DNA from: Takakia lepidozioides | Lineage: Eukaryota > Plantae > Bryophyta | Direction of reading: 5' to 3' | NCBI GenBank assembly: GCA_030704615.1 | Contig: CM060733.1 | Span: 61,380,001 to 61,444,000 of the forward strand | Length of the DNA: 64,000 bases | Shown: piece by piece, positions 15,451-26,619 of the stretch | How positions within the stretch are numbered: the first letter of the stretch is position 1 | Layout: each line of letters opens with the position of its first letter | The notes under the pieces: model-generated | What the model was told of the DNA's origin: nothing | What the model saw: the letters and a program-made list of their open reading frames with translations, nothing else | The model's database searches: none | Made by a program: the position numbers and the translations under genes

Positions 15451-16346
15451 GATTTAGGGTACAAAAGGACAAACAAATATGATCCAAGTGGACGTTCAAT
15501 GAATTGTTCAATACTGCTACTTCACATTGAGCACTTCAATGTCAAATGGACCTCTTATATGACACATTTTGAAACAAGTATGACATCATCTGAAATTTCA
15601 CAAAGTTCAATCACACATTACACCATGATATTATTAATATTTCAATTAATTTTAATGCAAATATATATTAAGTTTAGTCCGGATTTAAGCCAAAAGTCCA
15701 GAATTAATTAAAATAGTGTTAAATACCCGGTTATGAAGAAGTTGCCCCCAATATATCCTGAAATAATACCCTGGCTTCTACCATACCAGTCTGGTATTCA
15801 TATATGTCAAACATTGTAGATACCAGTACTCCCCCATTCATGTGACAAAATCCCTGGTCGTGTTTGTTGTATATCATAGGTGGGACAGCGCTCCTTCAAT
15901 GTTTAGTGTAGTGGCTGTAAATTCTAGGGTGGCATTGGACGTTGCCATAGCTGCGCATATTGATTTCATCTTTTCTTGGTACTACCTAGTAGTTAAATTT
16001 GTTGCAAATGGAGGTATTTCGTGTCACTAATACTTCTATGATTTAAAATATCTATTCGGGATTTTTTTTTACATCATTGCTGTAAGTATCTTAAGGTTTG
16101 CTATGATCTTATCTAATACCAGACCCAGATATATGTACGACTGGTATCACCCAAACGCCTACTCTATATTTATACCAGATTTTTAAAAAAACTCAATTCC
16201 TTTTATTTATACCAGTCCAGTATCTAAAATTGCTAAATTAATGTAATACCAGGATTTGCCATATCTCAGAATTTAGTCCATAATTCAATACCAATAATAG
16301 TCTGGTATTTAATATTGGTACAACACTGGTTTGCTCTACAAAGCAG

Positions 16347-16700
16347 CAAGTGTGCGTTGACGCACACTTGTTTTCAGCCCTCATCAAAACCACAAAAATA
16401 AAAGAAAAATCATATTGTTTTATTTTTTATATTTATTTTTGGTCCAGCCCCCTCAAAACAAGAAAAAGGGAAAATTTTATTTGTTATTTGTTTGTTTTTG
16501 ATTTTGTGCTGCAGAACAAGTGTGCGTGACACTTGTTTTCAGCCCCCGTAAAAACCATAAGGAAAAAAAACTCATTTTTTTTTCTAGTGCTGGAAAACAA
16601 GTGTGCGTTGACGCACACCTCCAAACCCTGCAAAAGAAAAAAAAAAGAAAAAATTGTTTCTGGTTTTTTGGCTTTGGCTGGAAAACAAGTATGCGTTGAT
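16347..16700. repeat. Cluster of four copies of a palindromic CAAGTGTGCGTTGACGCACACTTG motif
   Basis: Full or partial copies at ~16348, 16518, 16598 and 16686, separated by A/T-rich spacers. Confidence 0.7.
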
Positions 16701-17399
16701 TTGTAGTAACCCCAAACCTATTGCAAACTATTCTTCAAGTGTTATTATATTTGTGGCTTAATCACCCTCCGATTGCCAAAGCAATGGGGATTCTTTTAGT
16801 GTTCAATGAATGTTGTATTTGTGTTGTTCTCCACACCCTTCAATGACTAAATCCCACAATATTTACTAGGTGTTCCCCTCGCGGTAATAGGTCCACATGT
16901 TTTGGAAACGGTAGGCTCGCGGGGGCTCATAGGCTCACATTGTCGGGCTCACAATGTAGCACGCCCCGCTAGAAGCTGACCCTTATCCCATGGCAATTTT
17001 GTTGCCCACGCCAAGTGAAACTTTTTGGTCAAGTCATAGTTAGGTTTGAACTTCTTCAAAGGATGTATAGGGTAGATTGCAGGGTTGGGTGGCTCAAAAA
17101 CGGCATATGTTAAGTCCAATGGGAGTCCATGAAAAAAAAAAATTGACCATATGTTTTCAGTTTATTTTTAAGAAAATAGATAGTATTATACCTAACAATT
17201 TTACCTCCCAAATATTGAAGATACTGTTTACTAGAAAGGCTGGACTAGTTTACAATGTACACAGTAGGTAGTTTCCATCTTGTGATTGCCCCGACTTCGA
17301 CAAATTCTCTATCAAGAAAATCAAGGAATCTTATCCTACCCTATAAGCACATGTACTTTATATGAAAACATGCATCTAGGGTGCGTAGGGACTTTTGAG

Positions 17400-19069
17400 A
17401 TCTATCAACCTTTGCTTAGCCAAAATGAGGTTAGGACTATGCTAAAGAAAAACCAAAATCGATGCATGACGTGGACAACAAAGCAATATTGTGTTTTAAG
17501 ACATCAAAAACTTTTTATACCGATCTACATGTTGGGACAATGAATTCTCTTGTCATTTAATTTCTTTTCGGACATAAACATGTCAAAGATGGAGTTCCAA
17601 TTTTGATTGGTATGGGGTTATTTTCCTAAATAGTCTGAAGACATTTTTTTTAATTTTTAATTTTTAAGAAAAAAGAAACCTGGGAGCGAGTGCTCACAAA
17701 TTCAGGCCCTTCAGGAGGGGAAAATTAACCCCCTTTCAGATTAGCCATTAGGCACACAGGTGGGAAACGACCAGACCAACACCAGACAGGGCAGCGGGTT
17801 TTGAACCCCGAAACACACACTATATACTTACCAACTCAGCTACCAGCTGATGTGCAAGACAATTATTTGGTTTTTATCTTGCATTGAGTTGAAGTACTGA
17901 AGTTTAAGTTAATGCATTAATTGGAGTTGAGGATTTCCCGTTTTTGACTTCCCTTTTTGGTTCCTAACACTCTTGAGCAAAGTGTCCATTTTGCTCACAA
18001 TTATGACACCTAACTTAGCATCCTTCTTCTTCTTGAATTTCATATGTGTATATAATACGGTATTTTCGTTTGTCCCCTTTTTCAAGTTTTTCTTACTTGA
18101 CCCTTCTATTAAGAATGCACTCACTACCCTATTTAAAGTGTCTAATGCTTGTACGGTCCCTCTGTAATTCTCTAGTAGAGTAGTTAATAAAACTATAGTT
18201 GCATCTTCTTCTTGTAAGACAATGCCTATAGCTGCTAACTTAGCTTTAAACGTGCGAAAGTTATTGACATGCTGTTCTACGGAATCTTTTTCTTCCATTC
18301 TTAATGTATATATTTTTTAAATTATATATATTTTGGACATTAAATCCTTTGACTGAAATACATTAGCAAGTTGTTCATGAGCTGTTATCACTCCGGCAAG
18401 GTGATGTCAGTGGTTATTATCCACATTCATCATTATACTATTCATTGATGTTCTATCTCCCATATTCCACGCATTTCCTGGTGGTGGATTTAAAAGCAGG
18501 TTGGGGTATGCTTTCATCCACTATGCCCCATAACTCCCATTCTTCTAAAATATGTTTGCATCTAATGCTCCACTCTTCATAGTTCGAACCATTGAATCCA
18601 TCATTTTCTCTCAAGTTGGGAGTATAGTGACTATATGTGATGGCTTGGACACTCACACCATCACTAGCAGGGCTACCAGAGCTTGTGCTAGCTCTTAATA
18701 TTATGTCGATTTTTTCTCTAAATTTCTATTTATTCTTAGTCGATTCTCATGTGTCTCAATGTGACAACTTTGTCATCCTAGCTCTCATATCATGCAGTAA
18801 ATTGTACACATTGAGAACCTAGATCCTTTATGACAATAATTACATACTTTATTAATCATATAGAAACTCTCATATTTAATATATATCCATCTCTCTCTCT
18901 CTCACTGTGTTCTGTTTTATGAGAGACACGGCTCTCTATTATAGTTACATAACTGAGCAGATAGTCTAGTGGTTACACAACTGATTTATGTGACTTCTCG
19001 AATCACACCCGAAGAGTTGTGTATGTGAGAATGTTGAAGCTACAACTTTGCAAATGCAACTTTCCAACA
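17400..19069 (-). mobile_element. Ty1/Copia 5' remnant: LTR (18793-19069), degenerate tRNA-iMet PBS (18781-18792) and decayed gag
   Basis: LTR reads TGTTGG...CTGCA on minus, followed by TGATATGAGAGC (close to TGGTATCAGAGC). Gag motifs FNGSNYEEWS...LWGIVD and MEEKDSVEQHVNNF...IG...ATIVLL (UBN2-type). Left limit approximate. Confidence 0.8.
17644..17855 (-). mobile_element. tRNA-derived SINE inserted into the Copia remnant
   Basis: On minus: A box TAGCTGAGTTGG, B box GGTTCAAAACC and an A-rich tail. AAGACA flanks both sides (putative TSD). Confidence 0.7.
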
Positions 19070-19449
19070 TTTTCAAGCTACACTTAGAGACCCTAGCCAG
19101 TCAATCACCCCTAACCCCGCACTCTACCAATCCAGACAATCCGGAAGCCTTCATTATCGAAGCTATTTGGCGCTACTTGCTTAGACACTTTCTACCTATG
19201 TAAATGGGCGGGCTACCCATCACTTGGCAAATAGAAGACTACCTTTTTGGGCCCACGATGACGCCGGTCTCTATGACCGGAGTCATCTCTCAGCACATAG
19301 AGAGAATTTTACTTTTTATGTATATGTCACAATACTCTTGGGTTGTGTCTCGTGATGCGGAGGCCATGAATGATTGGGTGGAAACATTGGCTAAGGAGAC
19401 GCTGCCAAATGTTTAGGGCTGGGCCTACAATACTATCTCCCCGTTTGTC

Positions 19450-19760
19450 CACTCATAAATTAAACTAATTGCAACATGTACACATTCGAGCAGTAGAATG
19501 TTGTTCCGATCGGTAGTGATTCATTTTGTACACATATTATGTGTAGTCCAGCATCGTATCATCAGCTGCAAGTGATTCAATTGTCATGTTGAGAATCATC
19601 TGGGACATGTTATTCTTCTTGTTCTACATGACCTTGTCCACAACACTCTCTTCCTTCTCCGTTAACAACTCCTTTGTTGCAAGAATGATCTCCATCGGAA
19701 CTTCCATAATGTAAAATTCTTTCCAAACTTGCCATATCCTTGGCATCCATTGATATTTCT
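19450..19760 (-). mobile_element. Separate, highly decayed Copia gag N-terminal fragment
   Basis: Minus strand reads KFGKNFTLWKF then MEIILATKEL across a frameshift, resembling Copia gag N-termini. Confidence 0.4.
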
Positions 19761-20669
19761 TTTGATCCCTATTTAACACCAACCCTTAAGCCCGCGACGT
19801 ACACGTGGCCACACCTACTGAATCAATGCACACACCCACTCATACATCATACCAACGTCCGGGGAGAACCGGCAGCCAGTTACATGCTAGCCGACTGAAT
19901 TCCAGAATTTCCGAATGAAATATGAAACCTCAGGAAATGGATCCGAGGGAAAAAATGGCCGAAGTGGAAATCAACCGGGTGCCCTACTTTTAGGAAGGAT
20001 ATTTGCCTTTCCATTTCATTACAGACAGGAAATCTGCCTTAGTTGGCAAGGCCTGGACGGATTCCGGCCCTTCTTATATTACAAAAAATGGAAATGGCCG
20101 TCGAAGTCCACCACATGGCAGAAATCCAACGTGCCAAGCCGGGTTACATCCAAGGAAGGGCGTTTAGGTGAAAAAATATTGAACTCAAAGAGGGCGGGCC
20201 CGCGGGCAAACCCTACTAAGTCTGGACGTTGCTCTCGCAGCCCCAGCCCCACGCCTGCTTGCACTCGCTGCCTGCTATCACAGCTCACCTGTCCACGCGG
20301 GTTCAATTCTTGGCCTCCATGTGGTTTGAAGGCATTGACAGGTCCAACTTCTATAAGGATACAATGTTCTTTACTTGTTTGAATTGCTTAAAACTGGTTG
20401 TGATTATTTATTATTATTATTATTTACTTATTGTTGTGCATTTGACACTTGTGTTGTCAACCGGTTGATATTTATAAGGGCCGGATTTATAGCTGAACAC
20501 AAAATAAATAATTAGGAATATTACCGGTTGTAAGGAAATTATCTCGGAAATTGACCGGGTATAGTTACCACTAAGGGGCAGCAACCGACTGCCCAACCCA
20601 CTTAGCCGATTGCTGCTGGGAATGAGCGGCTACTGGCTGGTTCAACTGAAATTATTTCCCGGAGGCTGC

Positions 20670-21445
20670 ATCATACATAGCTGACATATTACTAAACACA
20701 ACCAAGCCGTTTGACATCTACATAAGCGGGGAATGTTATTTCATATGCACAGTTGAGGTATGTGGATGCACAAAATCCAGTGATTATATATGCACATGAC
20801 AACTTTGTATGCACACATCCTAGCTGAATGTAGTGGGGCTCTATTATATAATTCACTTATTTATTTCGAATGCAAATGTCAGATCATCTATATGCATAAA
20901 AATAGTCATCATCTTAGCATCAAATCTATAATTTTTCAATTATCAAATATGAATGAAAGCGAGTCCTATGTTTGTATTGAGGACTACGAATTAGAATTAA
21001 GAATTTCTTGAATGAGCCAAGAAATAAAGTATGAAGTTTGGACCTCGTGAAGGTACAAGAGATACCGACCACGAGAAGAAGCTTGGGATATCGACTTCCT
21101 AGAGACTCGGACCATGAAATTAGAAATAAAAATAAAAATAAATTCAAGTAGATTCAAGATTTACAAGATAGACTTAAAATTCTTAAATGTTTCGCTGCAG
21201 GGGGAGTGTTGGAAAGTTGCAGTGGCAAAGTTGCACCTTCAACATTCTAACAGACACAACTAGAAGTTACATAAATCAGTTGTGTAACCACTGGACTACC
21301 TGCTCGGTTGTGTAACTATAAAAGAGAGGTGTCTCTCACAAGATAGAACACAGCCAGAGAGAGAGATGAATATGAGAGTTTCTATATGATTAGTAAAATA
21401 TGTAGTTGTTGTCATAATGGATCTAGGTTCTCAATGTACAATTTA
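20670..21445 (+). mobile_element. Ty1/Copia 3' remnant: PPT plus LTR (21207-21445) of the same family as 18793-19069, in opposite orientation
   Basis: PPT AGGGGGAG directly precedes TGTTGGAAAGTTGC; the LTR is reverse-complement similar to 18793-19069; IADI-like RNase H remnant near 20680. Confidence 0.7.
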
Positions 21446-21569
21446 AGAAAACTCTCCATATCCACACAATTGTGGATGTCATCCATTAAATAGCCAACCT
21501 AGCTATAAAAGAAGGGTTGTGGGTTGTTCGGTCAACCAGACATGTCCAAAAGGTTTGCCCATGCCCTTA

Positions 21570-22321
21570 GAGTCTGCCCTGGATAAATGTTAACAGTTGG
21601 GAATAGAAAAAAATAACATTTAAACAAGGTTAACACATTAACAGTTTATGAAGGGGTTAGTTGTGGCACATTAACATTTACAGAGTGTAATATTTAACAA
21701 ATGTAAAAATTGTAAAATTAACACTTATGAAATAAAGTGTAATATATTCTATTCTCTCTTTGTTTGTGAGTTGTTTTTCATCTTTATTAATCACCTAATA
21801 TCTAACTTATTAGTACAACATATCTGTCTAATCATATGTGGGTCGGCCTACCTATCAACAACCAAAAAGAAAACTGCATAGGTATTTCAAGAATATTTTA
21901 AGTACACTCACTAAAAGACAAATCGATACCATCTACTTGCAAAATAGCTTATAACGCAGGTACAACTACCACATAACTTTTGTAATCTCGTCTCTCCAAA
22001 ACCTCCATATCCTCGAAATTTTGTATATACACTTGTTTCATCTATTCACTTCAGTATTACCTCCCACTTCCTTTTTGGTCTGCTGATTGGTTATGTTTTA
22101 AGATGGAATCTTATCATAATCTAGCTAGAACTTATACTACTTCCTCCTCTTAGGTGAAGCCTTTATGGTACACTTAACATTTATGGAGGGCAAATTAACA
22201 AAGAGGGGAGTAAACAATTGTTAACAAATAACACTTAACATTTGCGTGTGCACAAGTAGGGTTTCTTAACATTTATGGTAGTTTAACGTTTATAGAGGTA
22301 ACATTTATCTAGGGCAGACTG
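21570..22321. mobile_element. Tc1/mariner-pogo-like MITE
   Basis: TIRs GAGTCTGCCCTGGATAAATGTTA / TAACATTTATCTAGGGCAGACTG with TA on both sides; multiple subterminal TTAACATTTA repeats. Confidence 0.8.
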
Positions 22322-22624
22322 TAGAGGTGTTCACCTTCGAAGCTAGTCAAAGGAAATAATGCTTATGTGACACCATGATATGAATCTATCGTCTCTTACT
22401 ATCTCCATCTACCTCATTTCACTCCATTGGTTTTCCACCTCCCTACTACAAAACTGGTGTAATGTAGTCGAACATTTGTCTGAATGTCCACCTTATGACG
22501 ATGAGACCCTGCATGCTGGCTTTTGTCGGCCATTCATGATGAATAGTATGTACTCAGTAGTGGCTCACCATGACCTTATGGCCATATTTCCGTGCTAGTT
22601 TGGAAGGAGAATAACGGGTATAGA

Positions 22625-24013
22625 GTATAGAGGGAGGGGCGAATAAGAATGTACGGTGGATACAGCAACATTTACCGTGCAGCTGTCTCAGAACTTCCAG
22701 AGCTTCGTCAGCCTGTTAACCTCCACTGCCATTGACTACTTATCAAACAGCACTTGGGATGGTTCCTGCATACGACTCTATGGATTAGAATGTCCTCTTC
22801 CAAATATCTTCGGACCCCAACTTGTCTTTATTGTTGAAAACCCTGGTGTTCCTCGTATACTGTCCCCAGCAGGCCAGCTTCCTGTGGAGAACTGATGGGG
22901 TTCAATCGGTATAGAGGGAGGGGCGAATAAGAATGTATGGTGGATACAGCAACATTTACCGTGCAGCTGTCTCAGAACTTCCAGAGCTTTGTCAGCCTGT
23001 TACTCCATTGCCATTCAGTACTCATCAAACAGCACTTGGGATGGTTTCTGCATACGACTCTACGGATTAGAATGTCCGCTTCCAAATATCTTCGGACCCC
23101 AACTTGTCTTTATTGTTGAAAACCCTGGTGTTCCTCGTACTCTGTCCCCAGCAGGTCAGCTTCCTGTGGAGAACTGATGGGGATCAATCGGGTATAGAGG
23201 GAGGGGCGATTAAGAATGTATGGTGGATACAGCAAACATTTACCGTGCAGCTGTCTCAGAACTTCCAGAGCTTGGTCAGCCTGTTAACTCCATTGCCATT
23301 CAGTACTTATCAAACAGCACTTGGGATGGTTTCTGCATACGACTCTACGGATTAGAGTGTCCTCTTCCACATTTCTTCGGACCCCAACTTGTCTTTATTA
23401 ATTGTTGAAAACCCTGGTGTTCCTCGTACTCTGTCCCCAGCAGGCCAGCTTCCTGTGGAGAACTGATGGGGATCAATCGGGTATAGAGGGAGGGGCGATT
23501 AAGAATGTATGGTGGATACAGCAACATTTACCGTGCAGCTGTCTCAGAATTTCCAGAGCTTGGTCAGCCTGTTAACCTCCATTGCTATTCAGTACTTACC
23601 AAACAGCACTTGGGATGGTTCCAGCATACGACTCTACGGATTAGAATGTCCTCTTCCAAATTTCTTAGGACCCCAACTTGTCTTTATTGTTGAGGCCAGC
23701 TTCCTGTGGAGAACTGATGGGGATCAATCGGGTATAGAGGGAGGGGCGAATAAGAATGTATGGTGGATATAGCAACATTTACCGTGCAACTGTCTCAGAA
23801 CTTCCAGAGCTTGGTCAGCCTGTTAACCTCCATTGCCATTCAGTATTTATCGAACAGCACTTGGGATGGTTTCTGCATACGACTCAACGCATTAGAATGT
23901 CCTCTTCCAAATTTCTTCGGACCCCAACTTGTCTTTATTGTTGAAAACCCTGGTGTTCCTCGTACTCTGTCCCCAGCAGGCCAGCTTCCTGTGGAGAACA
24001 GATGGGGATCAAT
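22625..24013. repeat. Tandem array of five ~285-bp units (one with an internal deletion)
   Basis: Units start at about 22625, 22909, 23192, 23481 and 23732 and are near-identical. Confidence 0.95.
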
Positions 24014-24964
24014 CCTCAGAGCACTACCCGGGTACTTGTAAGCTTGGACATTAGAGGCTTAAATTATTTACTGTGAGATATTTTTTTGCAACTTAGATCC
24101 TTGTAAACTCGAATAAATTTAGTGGCATGAGGCATACCGTTATATCTGTGGCGACAGAATTTCTGTGTTGCCCAAAGATCAGTTGCCATAGGGATAGTCC
24201 CAGATTGTCTGCGTTCACCACTGCCATCTCCATGCCAGTTTTATTTCCTTCACACAAGGAAGGAGCTGTAGCTGCAAGGCTATCCTTTCCCTGCCGTAGA
24301 AAAGTTTAAAAAGCCCCCAACAAGGCTTGTCATATTGAACATACCAAAACTCTTAAAACGTACTGGTCAAAGAGTACTTCTAAGACTGCTCTCAAGACTA
24401 TATATACAAGGGAAATCGCATGCAACTATCTACAAAGAGATCCTTAGGAAGGTAGATCCTATGATGAAAGTCCAAACTTGAGGTTGGCCAACCCGTTTAG
24501 AATCCAGAGCCGCATGAACGGCCTTAAGTAGTGATTTTGCAGCAACTTTCCCGTTTCTTCCAGATACCCAAAAACATTTGCTCAAAATTTTGGGAGGATG
24601 ATCAGTCACCCTTGCCTTTGGGGGGCCTGGATGACAGCTTACTGGCGGCGGCGTTAGGTGCTCCATGTCTTCATCAATGTTAAAGCCAGGACGGGCACAG
24701 GAATGTCCGTGTAGACTGAGTTCTGGCCTCCAGAAACGCACTCATGGGACTGTACATAGCGGTAGGAACATACCGAGTCCGATAGTCTTGCTAAAATCAG
24801 CGATGTGCCATACATATGACTGTTCACCATATCCAGCTGAAAGTGAAGATTGCGCTTTTGCTGATCCAAAATCTCACTAGTTTCAAGTGTGCCGACGCTA
24901 AGAGGCGAGAACTTTCAGCCAAGTTCTATTGTCCAAGACAGACATTCCTTCACGAACACATGCC

Positions 24965-25168
24965 AGTCGCGCTGGTCATGACCGTAACCCACTCAAACCC
25001 ATCACTACTGGCTTTCTTCAACATACTCCTGGTGAAGAATTTTGGAATAAGTAGCAAATCACCCTCCCTCACTTCGCCATCGAAGGCCTGCACTCCCCAT
25101 CATCCTCTGCTGATGTACCTAACCTTGTGAGCATGGAGGGAATGTGATGGTGCAGAAATCGCATCCTG
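24965..25168 (-). pseudogene. Cupin (11S/legumin-type storage globulin, C-terminal cupin) exon fragment
   Basis: Minus translation DAISAPSHSLHAHKVRYISRG*WGVQAFDGEVREGDLLLIPKFF...KKASSDGFEWVTVMTS resembles the legumin pattern AHSxxYxxRG...FDGEVREGQLLVVPQ...KKAGxEGFEWV. In-frame stop; preceded by a TGCAG acceptor. Confidence 0.7.
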
Positions 25169-26172
25169 CATAGAGAACCAGATCCAAATTGAGTGCCAGC
25201 GGGGCGGTACGTTCTAGTTATCAAATGAAGATTCAAATGAAGATTTCAGTCGATGCAGAGCAGATTAACCAAATGAGATATGCTTATGATCAGGATAGAT
25301 GTACCTGGATCGTCCTCAAATCAGCAAGACCGTCGAGCTGATGCGAATCTAAACTAGTTCCTACACCTGAAGAAAAACAAGATCCTCGTCATCGTATTTC
25401 TGCACGACCTGTCCCATGCACAACCCTATTCATCCATTGGGAAACATTCTATCCATCCATTTGTGTCGAATTAGCTAAATCGGTCCCATAAAAATTTCAC
25501 AATATTTTGCGTGGTGTCTGCCCGGGCAGGGCCAACAAATGTTGGATGGATGCTACTTGTGAACGAATTGTGCGAGAGCATATGCCGACGGAAAACGTTG
25601 AATATTAACGCAAACAAAGATACCCGGATCTAAATCTTGATGACGTGGCACCACAACACACGCAGACAAAGCAAACGCGTACGCGCGGCCGATGGATCGC
25701 ATGCCTCCATCTTCACCTTCCCTCACAGGGCTGCCGGGCTTCCGACTGTTGCAGTCCATACATTGTATTTCTCTCTGCAACTTTACTGTCTGATATCATT
25801 CCCCAAACCAACGGTGGACAACCTGGGGACCAGGCTGAAAACATGAGATGGAGCACTCTCAGAACCGCTGAAGAAAAGCCTTCATGAGCCTCATCATCCC
25901 GGATGTATAGCAGTTTGAAGAGACCACTACACTGTTTGCTTTCAAGTTATCACATTCAGTGCACATAACGTAGAAGGATTTGAGCCCAATGATACGCTCA
26001 CACAGCAGTATCAATTGAAAGTAAATGTTGTAGAACACAGCCTCACAGCAGTCTTTGGATATTCCTTCAATTGCAATCCCATTTTGGATACCAAAATTGT
26101 ACAAGGTCATCCTTCAGGGAGTGAAATACTTTTTTGGATCGTTTATAGAATGAAAGAGATGGGTGAGAAGTA

Positions 26173-26353
26173 GAGTCAATGCCCGAACCACTACCTTTGC
26201 CGAGTGGTGAAGCACATGCACGATTCTGGTGTGTGAGTGACCAGGAATCACACCGGAAGACCCGCACACCAGAGTGCACTCATCCATACACAGCCATGGA
26301 TATTCTGCTCTACCACGCAGCAACGGCCATCTTAGATGGTTCGCTCTTGACTC
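26173..26353 (-). promoter_or_regulatory. Conserved HD-ZIP IV 3'-UTR stem-loop element
   Basis: Minus strand has GAGTCAAGAGCGAACCA (26353-26337) and GGTAGTGGTTCGGGCATTGACTC (26195-26173). The two are mutually complementary and match the GGTGGTTCGGGNATTGAC motif known from seed-plant HD-ZIP IV 3' UTRs. Confidence 0.8.
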
Positions 26354-26619
26354 AACTCCTACCCTGTACACTGTCCTGATTATCGTAATGCCAATGCAAA
26401 TTGGCCTGGATGTGACTGTATTGGGCAGTTACAGTAATGTGGCCCTCCTTATCCCTTTTGAGGAACACTCAAGACCATGCTCAATATGAGCTATCAAACA
26501 ATCTTGAAAGTTCCTCAACTCCCTCAGTAGCACAAGTCCTCTCTATGCCTCTCTTCTCTCTAGAGGTTGTGGCCGAGAGATAAGATCCATTTCCAACCAA
26601 TAAAGGCAAGAGGGGACCT

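Noticed and set aside
22625-24013. CRISPR-like array or repeated small-protein genes (MVDTATF...)
   Set aside because: Units are contiguous ~285-bp tandem repeats without unique spacers; the plus-strand ORFs shift frame between units.
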